Shown here: piece after piece, positions 49,127 through 57,750 of the stretch | Layout of the letters: every line of letters starts with the position of its first letter | Position numbering within the stretch: position 1 is the stretch's first letter | NCBI GenBank assembly: GCA_963719515.1 | Contig: CAVRCJ010000013.1 | Coordinates: 96,001-160,000, forward strand | DNA: 64,000 bases | Source of the DNA: an uncultured cyanobacterium | GTDB taxonomy: Bacteria > Cyanobacteriota > Cyanobacteriia > CAKZMO01 | Direction of reading: 5' to 3' | Made by a program: the position numbers and the translations under genes | Notes under the pieces: generated by a model | The model's database searches: none | What the model was told of the DNA's origin: nothing | Seen by the model: the letters and a program-made list of their open reading frames with translations, nothing else

Positions 49127-51082
49127 TTGACACGCATATCTATGGACAAGAGCGAGCTAGACCAGGGCAGGGCTCAGGAGGAGCCTTTGACGGCCGAGCA
49201 AACGCTTCGGAGACGAATTGACTACGAGCATAAGTTAAGAAGAATCGTTCAGCGGATTCGCTGCTCTTTAAACGTCGCTCAAATTCTCCACTCTTCAGCC
49301 ACCGAGATTAGACAGCTTCTGCAAACGGACCGCGTCGTCATCTACCGCGCAGAGTCGTCAGAAAATCCTCGGTTTCTGTACCTAGCTGCGATCGCAGACG
49401 GCTGCGACCTCAATAGTTCCCCGGCCTCAAAAATCCCTCAAGACCTATTTCTCAGCGCGCTCGACTACACCGGGGCAGAGGGATACGCCGTTATTTCAGA
49501 CCCTGAGCGCTGTGGGCTGCATCTTGGCCTCTGCCAGCTTTGGCATCAGACGGGCGTCAAGTCGGCGGTGGCCGTTTCGCTAGGCGGCGATCGCCCCATT
49601 GGCCTGATCTGCATTCATCAGTACGCCGAAGGCGTCACGTGGCAGCCCTTTGAGCTTGAGGGACTGTCCTACGTGGCTGACGAAGTCGCGATTGCCGTGC
49701 ACCAGGCCGAACTCTATCAGCAGGTCCAGTCCCTAAACGCGGGCCTAGAAGCGGAGGTTCAAAAGCGAACCTCCCAAGTCCGCACCGCAGCCCTGTTCGA
49801 TTCTACGCTCAAGCGGATCACAGATAAGGTCCGCGACTCTCTAGATGAGGCCCAAATTCTGCAAACCGCCGTACGAGAGCTGGCGCTCGTGCTAGAGCTA
49901 GGGGGGTGCAACGCCGCACTCTACGACCTAGAGCGAGAAACCTCTACTATTTTTTATGAGTACGCTAACCTAATTCCGGCCTATCGGGGACGAGTCGCTC
50001 GGATGAACGACTTTCCTGAAATCTACGATCAGCTTCGACAGCAGATGTACTTTCAGTTTTGCTCGCTGAGCCCTAACCCGGAGCGGGGCCACGCATCGCT
50101 CCTCGCCTGCCCTATTTTTGCCGATTCTCCAGAAAAGTCAGGGCAGACGGACAAAGAGCAGATCGCAGCGGAACGGCTTGAAGCATCTCAGCAAGAAGTT
50201 TTGGGCGATCTTTGGCTCGTCCATCATCCCAACCACGTCTTCAACGAGTTTGAGATTCGCCTGGTTCAGCAGGTGGCAAACCAGTGCGCCATTGCCATTC
50301 GGCAGGCCCGTCTCTACAAAGCGGCGCGATCGCAGGTTGATGAGCTAAAAAGACTCAACCGCATGAAAGATGAGTTTCTCAGCACCGTCTCCCACGAGTT
50401 AAGAACGCCAATCGCTAACGTCAGAATGGCGCTACAGCTGCTCAAAAACACGCCCTTGCCAAAGAAGCGGCAAAAGTATCTAGAAATATTAGAGTCGGAG
50501 TCTCGGCGAGAGGCTAATTTGATCGACGACCTGCTCGATATGCAGCGGCTCGAAGCAGGATCGGTCCCCGTTGCCCCCCGTGTAATCCACCTCGGCAGCT
50601 GGATAGCTCAGCTTGTTGGGCCATTCCGAGCCCGCGCTACTTCCTGTCAGCAGACCCTAACCCTGCGGGTCTATCCCTCTGATTTGAGCCTTACCAGCGA
50701 TGCTGATATTCTTCAGCGGATTTTAATAGAGCTGCTCAACAATGCCTGTAAATACACAGCGGCAGGGGGACAGATTGAATGCACTTGCGCGTTGGCCTTC
50801 AATCAGCCGATCTGTAACGATGAGGGCCATTTGGCCAGCGAAGTTCAATTCACGGTTAGAAACCGCGCCGAGATTCCTCGCGCCGAGCTACCGCATATCT
50901 TTGAGACGTTTTACCGGGTTCCCCATGTAGATCCCTGGCGTCAGGGCGGCACCGGCCTAGGACTAGCGCTAGTCAAGAAATTGGTCGGTCGATTAAACGG
51001 TTCCATTGAAGTAGACAGCTATGATGGATGGACGTGGTTTGTCGTCACTCTACCTTGCACCCTTTTTGCTGAGTCGTCTTAG
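49127..51082 (+). CDS. GAF-GAF sensor histidine kinase
   Basis: Two GAF domains, SHELRTP H-box, ELLNNACKYT N-box, GGTGLGL G2-box. Confidence 0.9.
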   Translation: MTRISMDKSELDQGRAQEEPLTAEQTLRRRIDYEHKLRRIVQRIRCSLNVAQILHSSATEIRQLLQTDRVVIYRAESSENPRFLYLAAIADGCDLNSSPASKIPQDLFLSALDYTGAEGYAVISDPERCGLHLGLCQLWHQTGVKSAVAVSLGGDRPIGLICIHQYAEGVTWQPFELEGLSYVADEVAIAVHQAELYQQVQSLNAGLEAEVQKRTSQVRTAALFDSTLKRITDKVRDSLDEAQILQTAVRELALVLELGGCNAALYDLERETSTIFYEYANLIPAYRGRVARMNDFPEIYDQLRQQMYFQFCSLSPNPERGHASLLACPIFADSPEKSGQTDKEQIAAERLEASQQEVLGDLWLVHHPNHVFNEFEIRLVQQVANQCAIAIRQARLYKAARSQVDELKRLNRMKDEFLSTVSHELRTPIANVRMALQLLKNTPLPKKRQKYLEILESESRREANLIDDLLDMQRLEAGSVPVAPRVIHLGSWIAQLVGPFRARATSCQQTLTLRVYPSDLSLTSDADILQRILIELLNNACKYTAAGGQIECTCALAFNQPICNDEGHLASEVQFTVRNRAEIPRAELPHIFETFYRVPHVDPWRQGGTGLGLALVKKLVGRLNGSIEVDSYDGWTWFVVTLPCTLFAESS

Positions 51083-51108
51083 ACGCTGCTCGGCGATCTA
51101 GCGAGTTC

Positions 51109-52041
51109 ATGCCCCGCAGATTCATTCGATTTTTTAAACACCTCTCTCCTGCAATCGTTTGGGAAACCGTTGTTCGCAGTGGTGAGCAGCGGTTGGCGGG
51201 GCTATCGTCAGAGATTGCGTACAACGCGATTTTGGCGCTATTTCCCGCTATTCTCGCCATCTTCACCGCTATCGGACTCTTTACTCCCCTCGAGGCCCAA
51301 TTTGAGAAGCTTTTAGGTCGGCTCAGCCAGATTGTGCCGGTAGAGGCCTTCCAGCTGATCGAAAATTTCGCCAATGAAGTCAGTCGCGGTGGCAATGGCT
51401 CTCTATTCTCTGTCAGCTTCATCGTGGCGATTTGGATTGCATCAGGTGCCATCAGCGCGGCAATGCGGGCAATTGACGAGATTTACTGCGTTCCGCCCTC
51501 CCGGCGACAGGCCTTTTGGCATGCCAAGCTCGTCTCTCTAGGGCTAACTGGCGGGGCCCTGCTGCTGCTAATCGTGGCAACGTTTCTCATTTTCATCAGC
51601 GATATTTTGCTCGGCATCTTGCTTAAGCAGGCGATTATTCAGCGCGACTTGATAGAGCAGTTCGTGCTGTCAACGGTTCGCTTTCTCAGTTTGCCAATGG
51701 CGCTGGGCATCATGGCGATCGCTTTTGCTTTTCTCTATCGGTTTGGCACAAGCCAATTTCCTAAGAAAACGCCCCTCCTACCGGGGGCTGCGCTTGCCGC
51801 CGTCTCCTGGGCCATCATCTCGCGGCTGTTTCGGTTCTATGTTGCCCGCTTCGGCAACTACAACAAAGTCTATGGTGCAGTGGGGGCGGTGATTGTGCTG
51901 CTGCTATGGCTGTACATGAGTTCTTTGGTAATGCTAATCGGGGCACAGCTCAACGTAATCGTCGGCGAGTCGATGCAGGGCAAGCCGATGAGCAAAATCA
52001 ACTGGCACTCGAAGTGGCTGCGCCAAAAGTTTCGCCGTTGA
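51109..52041 (+). CDS. YihY/virulence factor BrkB family membrane protein
   Basis: AYNAILALFP, YNKVYGAVGAVIVLLLWLY...GAQLN. Confidence 0.9.
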   Translation: MPRRFIRFFKHLSPAIVWETVVRSGEQRLAGLSSEIAYNAILALFPAILAIFTAIGLFTPLEAQFEKLLGRLSQIVPVEAFQLIENFANEVSRGGNGSLFSVSFIVAIWIASGAISAAMRAIDEIYCVPPSRRQAFWHAKLVSLGLTGGALLLLIVATFLIFISDILLGILLKQAIIQRDLIEQFVLSTVRFLSLPMALGIMAIAFAFLYRFGTSQFPKKTPLLPGAALAAVSWAIISRLFRFYVARFGNYNKVYGAVGAVIVLLLWLYMSSLVMLIGAQLNVIVGESMQGKPMSKINWHSKWLRQKFRR

Positions 52042-53150
52042 TGAGTATCCCAAACCGTATTCTAATTATTGGTGGCGGCATCGTTGGGGCAATGCTGGCC
52101 TATGAGCTGAGCCTGGCAGACTACCGCGTTACGCTTCTAGACCGGCAGGCTCCGGGGCAAGGGTCGACTGGAGCCGCGCTGGGCGTGATGATGGGAGCTA
52201 TCAGCCGTAAGATGAAGGGCCGCGCCTGGGCCATGCGCCAGCAAAGTTTGGTGCGCTACGAGGCGCTGATTCAAGAGCTGCAGCGGCAGGGTCACCCCGT
52301 AGACTACAACAGAGACGGTATCGTCAAGCTGCTGTTTAGAGGGGACAATCGCGATCGCTGGGAGGCCCTAGCCCTAGCGCGCCAGCAGCAGGGCTGGCCG
52401 CTGGCGCTTTGGAGCCCAGAAACGCTGCTGGCGCGCTGTCCGGGAGTTGCCCTAGAGAACCCTATTGCTGGCCCGGTCATCGGCGCGGTGCATTCCGCCG
52501 GCGATCGCCAGGTCCACCCCCAGCAGCTGACTTTAGCCCTGCTAGAAGCTGTCCAGCGCCGAGGAGCGGAGACGCGCTTTGATGCAGCAGTTCAAACCCT
52601 AGAAGAGGCGGGCGGTCCCTACGCCCTCTTGCAGAGCGGCGAACGATATGATGCCGATTGGATTGTGGTAACGGCGGGGCTAGGGTCAACGGCCTTGACC
52701 GGGCCTCGCCCTGAGGCAGCGGTCGACATTCGCCCGGTACTCGGCCAAGCGATGGAAGTGACCTTAGAGTCCCCTCTCAATGCCCATACCTTTCGGCCTG
52801 TAGTCACCGGAAATGACGTCCATGTAGTGCCGCTACTTAGCGCCTCAGACTCACCTCGCTGCTGGGTGGGGGCGACGGTAGAATTTCCGGAGGACGGCGA
52901 CGGCACGGCCATTGAGGCGGAGCGGCAGGCCATGTGGGCGGGGGCGATCGCCCTGTGTCCTGGCTTAGCCTCGGCCCAGGTGCTGCGAACTTGGTCTGGG
53001 AAGCGCCCCCGCCCCTATGGACGGCCTGCCCCGGTGATTGAGCGGTTGCCCGGATACGACCGGGTGATTGTTGCCAGCGGTCACTACCGAAACGGGGTGC
53101 TGCTGGCTCCGGCGACGGCGCGGCGGGTGATGGAGCTGCTAGACCTCTGA
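52041..53150 (+). CDS. FAD-dependent oxidoreductase (ThiO/DadA-like)
   Basis: GGGIVG, STGAALG, WSG.RP, GHYRNGVLLAP; TGATG overlap with the upstream gene. Confidence 0.88.
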   Translation: MSIPNRILIIGGGIVGAMLAYELSLADYRVTLLDRQAPGQGSTGAALGVMMGAISRKMKGRAWAMRQQSLVRYEALIQELQRQGHPVDYNRDGIVKLLFRGDNRDRWEALALARQQQGWPLALWSPETLLARCPGVALENPIAGPVIGAVHSAGDRQVHPQQLTLALLEAVQRRGAETRFDAAVQTLEEAGGPYALLQSGERYDADWIVVTAGLGSTALTGPRPEAAVDIRPVLGQAMEVTLESPLNAHTFRPVVTGNDVHVVPLLSASDSPRCWVGATVEFPEDGDGTAIEAERQAMWAGAIALCPGLASAQVLRTWSGKRPRPYGRPAPVIERLPGYDRVIVASGHYRNGVLLAPATARRVMELLDL

Positions 53151-53206
53151 TGTCAAGATTCCAGGGCGGAGTTGGTTACATCGCGTGCGCTTACTGCTCC
53201 AAACCT

Positions 53207-54388
53207 TTACTGCTGGGATAGGCGCTTCACAGAAGCCCCACCCAGGCGGCGGTGGGCGTCATTTAGCAAGTCTGGAATTTTGTCGCGATGGGGACTGCGG
53301 GCTAGGCAGGAAGCCAGGACCTTTGGGTCAACGCGACTAGCCTTGTTGCCGGGAAACCAGTGGCTGGCGTTGCCCAGCATGTTGTAGCGGGTTTGGGCGT
53401 AGTCCACCATGTCATAGGCGATCGCCAGGTTTCGCAGCCAAAGAATCGTGGGAATATTGAGGCTACCGGGGGTGTCTTGAGGCGTAGGGAGTCCCTGTCG
53501 CCAGGTTTTATGCCAGTCTTCACCCAGAGCATCGATAGCGGCCCGCTCCAGCCGATGCAAAATGGGCGGTAGAATTTCGTCAGCTCGCTCCAGTAGCGGT
53601 ACCGCTTTGAGGTGCTCGTCAAAATCCGATGGACGGGCCGCGCCAAGGCTAAGGGTATGGACTTGGGGGTGGCTGAGACAAAACAGGTCGTTGAACACCA
53701 TAGGGGATAGAGGCGCGCACAATCTCGCGAGCTTCGCGGGCGGGTCGTAGAGCTGTCCGCCCTTGTCGGAAGGGCTGATGATAAATACCCCCATATCCTG
53801 CTGAGTTGCAGCTTCGATAGCGGGCCAGTTAATTTGATGAATGTAGTACCAGTGGAGATTGACGTAGTCAAACCGCCCGGTTTGGATGGCGCTGACAATG
53901 ACGTCGGTGGGGCCATGGGTAGAAAAGCCCACGAAGCGGACCTTACCCTGCGCCTGCAGCGATCGCACTACGTCCAGACAGCCGCCAGGCTTAATGCTCC
54001 ACTCTAAGTGCTCAGGGGTGTTGATGCCGTGCAGCCCTAGTAGATCGACGTGGTCAAGCTTTAAGTTAGAGAGGGACTGGTCAAATACCTTTAAAAACTC
54101 CTTCGAATTAGCCTTAGGCGAGACTTTAGTTTGAACAATTAGCTGCTCTCGGGGAAGCTTAGGCAGGAGATTACCCAGCTGCGCCTCAGAGGTCCCATAG
54201 CCCCGAGCCGTCTCAATATGGTTGATGCCCACCGCTAGCGATCGCCGAATGGTCGCCTCTAGATTTTCCTGGTTCTTTTGGGGAATCGACCATTGGGGGA
54301 CGTCTTTCCAAGAATGCTGATAGCGCATTCCGCCACAGGAGAAAACGGGCATAGAAAGGTTTGTGCGGCCAAAGCGACGGTACTGCAT
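53207..54388 (-). CDS. aldo/keto reductase
   Basis: MQYRRFGRT, GINHIETARGYG.SE, GFSTHG. Confidence 0.9.
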   Translation of the reverse strand: MQYRRFGRTNLSMPVFSCGGMRYQHSWKDVPQWSIPQKNQENLEATIRRSLAVGINHIETARGYGTSEAQLGNLLPKLPREQLIVQTKVSPKANSKEFLKVFDQSLSNLKLDHVDLLGLHGINTPEHLEWSIKPGGCLDVVRSLQAQGKVRFVGFSTHGPTDVIVSAIQTGRFDYVNLHWYYIHQINWPAIEAATQQDMGVFIISPSDKGGQLYDPPAKLARLCAPLSPMVFNDLFCLSHPQVHTLSLGAARPSDFDEHLKAVPLLERADEILPPILHRLERAAIDALGEDWHKTWRQGLPTPQDTPGSLNIPTILWLRNLAIAYDMVDYAQTRYNMLGNASHWFPGNKASRVDPKVLASCLARSPHRDKIPDLLNDAHRRLGGASVKRLSQQ

Positions 54389-54432
54389 ACGATGAAATAG
54401 TCAAAGCGGGAGAGCTGAGAGCGGCTACTGCC

Positions 54433-55914
54433 CTAATGTAGCGCGATCTCAGCATCCTCGCGATGATGAATGGCCAGCCGGTCGAGGAGGGTAGAGCTGG
54501 CCTCATTGAGACCAATTAGCTCCACCTCGATGCCGTGCTTACGAAAGCGCAAGACTACTTTGTCCACCGCATCCACCGCTGATTGATCCCAGAGATGGGC
54601 ATGGGTGAGGTCGATAATGACGGTTTCGATCTCTTCACGAAAATCAAACGCCGCTAAAAACGGCTCGACCGAGACGAAGAAAATCTGGCCGCTGACGGTG
54701 TAAATGCGTTTCGCTTCGCTGATTGGGGTCGACTCCACTTCAATGAGAGCGGCAATCTTGCGGCTGAAGAAAATAGCGCTTAGGGCAACGCCAATAACAA
54801 CGCCGATAGCCAGATTGTGGGTGAGCAGCGTGACAATGATCGTCGCCACCATCACCGCTGTCTCACTTTTAGGCACCATGCGAATATTGCGCAAAGACGC
54901 CCAGCTAAACGTGCTGATGGACACCATGATCATCACCGCTACCAAAGCCGCCATAGGGATGCGGGCCACCCAGTCCCCCAACAGCAAAATGCAGGCCATC
55001 AGGAAAATTCCCGCGCTGAGGGTCGAGAGTCTTGTCCGTCCCCCCGAGCGAATATTAATGACCGACTGGCCGATCATGGCGCATCCGGCCATGCCGCCAA
55101 AGAAGCCTGCCACGATATTGGCGACGCCCTGGCCCACGGCCTCCTGATTTTTTTTGCTGCTGGTATCTGTCAAATCGTCGATCACATTTGCCGTCAAGAA
55201 AGACTCCAAAAGCCCCACAAGCGAGAGCGCTAGGGCATAGGGAAGAATGATCTCAATCGTCTCAAACGTCAGGGGCACAGTGGGAATGAACAGCCCCGGC
55301 AGAGTCGAGGGCAGGGTGCCCATATCGCCCACGGTGGGAACATCCCAGCCCATCGTAATGCTGAATCCCGTCAGCACTACGATGGCAATTAGGGGAGAGG
55401 GAATCACCTTGCTGATATAGGGCATGCCGTAGATGATGGCCAATCCCGCCAGGACCAAGAGGTATACTAGGGCCGGCACGTTCTCAAGCTGAGGCAGCTG
55501 GGCGCTGAAAATCAGAATGGCCAGCGCGTTGACAAAACCCAGCATGACGGCGCGGGGCACAAAGCGCATCTGGTTGCCCAATTTTACCCAGCCCCAAATA
55601 ATTTGTAGAATGCCCGTCAAGATGGTGGTGGCAAACAAATAGCTGATGCCATAATCTTTGACCAGCGTTGTCATCAGCAGGGCCATTGCCCCAGTCGCCG
55701 CCGAGATCATGCCCGGTCGCCCGCCCAAAAACGAGGTGACGATCGCAATACAAAACGAGGCGTATAGCCCCACCTTGGGGTCTACCCCAGCGATAATTGA
55801 AAAGGCGATCGCCTCCGGAATCAGCGCGAGCGCAACGACAGCGCCGGCTAGCAGATCATCACGGACGTTCGAAAACCAAGCCTGCTTCGTCAATACGGCG
55901 GTTGAATTCTCCAT
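54433..55914 (-). CDS. SulP/SLC26 family anion transporter with STAS domain
   Basis: [31 protein letters not shown]-terminal STAS. Confidence 0.92.
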   Translation of the reverse strand: MENSTAVLTKQAWFSNVRDDLLAGAVVALALIPEAIAFSIIAGVDPKVGLYASFCIAIVTSFLGGRPGMISAATGAMALLMTTLVKDYGISYLFATTILTGILQIIWGWVKLGNQMRFVPRAVMLGFVNALAILIFSAQLPQLENVPALVYLLVLAGLAIIYGMPYISKVIPSPLIAIVVLTGFSITMGWDVPTVGDMGTLPSTLPGLFIPTVPLTFETIEIILPYALALSLVGLLESFLTANVIDDLTDTSSKKNQEAVGQGVANIVAGFFGGMAGCAMIGQSVINIRSGGRTRLSTLSAGIFLMACILLLGDWVARIPMAALVAVMIMVSISTFSWASLRNIRMVPKSETAVMVATIIVTLLTHNLAIGVVIGVALSAIFFSRKIAALIEVESTPISEAKRIYTVSGQIFFVSVEPFLAAFDFREEIETVIIDLTHAHLWDQSAVDAVDKVVLRFRKHGIEVELIGLNEASSTLLDRLAIHHREDAEIALH

Positions 55915-56071
55915 TCTTTCCTCTATAACTCCCCCTTGGCTACCCTTCAGTCTTCTCGCAGCCGATGCTTTTGCTAGGCGGTGCGGCCTTGGTCAGCAAA
56001 TCTCTCTATTTACAAGGGAAAACCTCAGATTACGTAAGCTGACGGGGAAAAGACCGCAATAGGGTTGTCAA

Positions 56072-56520
56072 GTGACATACTCCCGACGCTCATCTTTTAG
56101 ATAGAGCGCGGGCTTCTTGGCTCACGCACCACAATTTAATGGATGCCGCGCAAGAAGGTGTCCTGCTTCATCTGGTCCTGTCTAGTTACGCAGCAAGCCG
56201 TGCAACCCCGATTGGATCCCATCGACAGGCGATTTGTTTAATGTCCAGGCAATGACCAACCCCAGACAGTGACGAGTATTCAATTTCCAGCTACGTTTTC
56301 TACCGTCTGCACTGTTCACCAGCTAAGGGCTGTACGTTTGTGTCAGGATAGCAGGCCGCCGCCATGAAATAGTTTGAGCTTGGTTCAATTGTACCCTTTG
56401 CTCGCCTCGGCGCTGCCCTTAATTGCCGCCTTCGGCATCCAGTCAAGGGCGCACCTCGACTCGCTCGCTTACATCCCGACGCTGATGCTGCGCATACAGC
56501 GCGGGGCTGTCACGAACTAG
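56072..56520 (-). mobile_element. non-autonomous IS200/IS605-derived element (449 bp, no protein gene)
   Basis: Same end architecture as 22817-24428: ...GGGAGTATGTCAC right end, CCCGACGCT...AGCGCGGG hairpins, TTTAG outside the left end. Confidence 0.85.
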
Positions 56521-56616
56521 CTAAAATTGACTGCTTAGATAGACTGCAGATCGAGCGATAGCAGCCAATAATATCTATAGATAATTTTCTATGCCCTACC
56601 AGTATAAGTTAAAGAT

Positions 56617-57522
56617 ATGCAAAGCAAACAGGCCGCGAACCACCCGCTAGAGCATCGATTTCAGGCTGCTTTGGTGGGTGCCCTTTGGGGCTACGCCCAA
56701 GCGGACACCCAATCTCTCCCTTTTGCTCAGTGGGCCAGCCTCGTCGATTCCAGCCCCCAAACCGCTGAGCAGCTGTGGCGGCGCAGCAGCGGCGAGCCGT
56801 TGACCTTTTTGTTGGCGCTGCTGCCGCTGCTGCTAGCCTACAGTGACGATGAGGCCCAGCTGCGCGGCTGGGGGGCATTGCTAACTGGCCCTGCTGCTGC
56901 CGCTGCCCTCGAGGGCGCGAGCGTGCTGCGTCAAACCGTGGACGCTATTATCGGCGATCGCCCCTTGGGGAGTCTGTCTGAGCAGCACCCCTTCCTCTCT
57001 CCCTATTTACAGACGGCGTCGGCTTACTACGCCAGCGGGTCAGGACTTGTGCAGGTGAAAACGGCCCTAGAGCAGGTAGCTCGCGATCGCAATAGCGTTG
57101 CCCCGGAGTTTGCACCAAAATCCGCCCTGAGCGCCCCAGACTCTGTCGTCGATGTCGCCCCCAGGGTCACTGAAGATATGATTGCCCTGACCCTAGCGCT
57201 CCACAGCGCTTCGCGAACGCCGGGGCAGGTCGAGGTGGCCTGTCGGGCTACGGCTGCCGTGGTTGCCCCGGAGCAGGCGGGCGCTGCCGCGGCAGTCGCA
57301 GGATATCTGTGTGGCCTCACGCAGGGACTATCGGGCCTCTCCCTCGAGCGCTATCAGATGCTCGACGCGAAGCATTCTACCGCTGCAGACCCGGCCATAG
57401 CCACGACGACGGTCACCCAGCTGAGCCAGATCCTCTTGAGCCTGTGGAGCGGCGCGATCAGGCTCCACGCCGGACCGGTGGCGATCGCGATGCCTGGCAT
57501 CCTCCGGGCTGCGCGAGCCTGA
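56617..57522 (+). CDS. degenerate ADP-ribosylglycohydrolase-like protein
   Basis: N-terminal RFQAALVGALWG and C-terminal AAVAGYLCGL.QG echo the ARH fold; acidic metal-binding motifs not seen. Confidence 0.5.
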   Translation: MQSKQAANHPLEHRFQAALVGALWGYAQADTQSLPFAQWASLVDSSPQTAEQLWRRSSGEPLTFLLALLPLLLAYSDDEAQLRGWGALLTGPAAAAALEGASVLRQTVDAIIGDRPLGSLSEQHPFLSPYLQTASAYYASGSGLVQVKTALEQVARDRNSVAPEFAPKSALSAPDSVVDVAPRVTEDMIALTLALHSASRTPGQVEVACRATAAVVAPEQAGAAAAVAGYLCGLTQGLSGLSLERYQMLDAKHSTAADPAIATTTVTQLSQILLSLWSGAIRLHAGPVAIAMPGILRAARA

Positions 57523-57750
57523 TGGGTCGTACCTGTTGAGCTTAGCTATACTATATAGTCAGGGCAACCATGGTTAGGAAAAGGCAAAATTAGGGCAAAA
57601 CTGAATTACCCGTACAATCACCCAGCGGCGTGATCAATAGATTACCACCGGCTGTCGGTTGTACCTGACTCTTTCTTTTGATTAATTCTCAGTGTGTTCT
57701 AGTTGTTGTGCCCTGCGGTTACTGGTTTAGTCGTCTAGCGGTTAGTTGCT

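Noticed and set aside
49250..49720. Cyanobacteriochrome GAF domain in the histidine kinase
   Set aside because: No recognisable DxCF or CH chromophore-binding motifs, although Cys residues are present.
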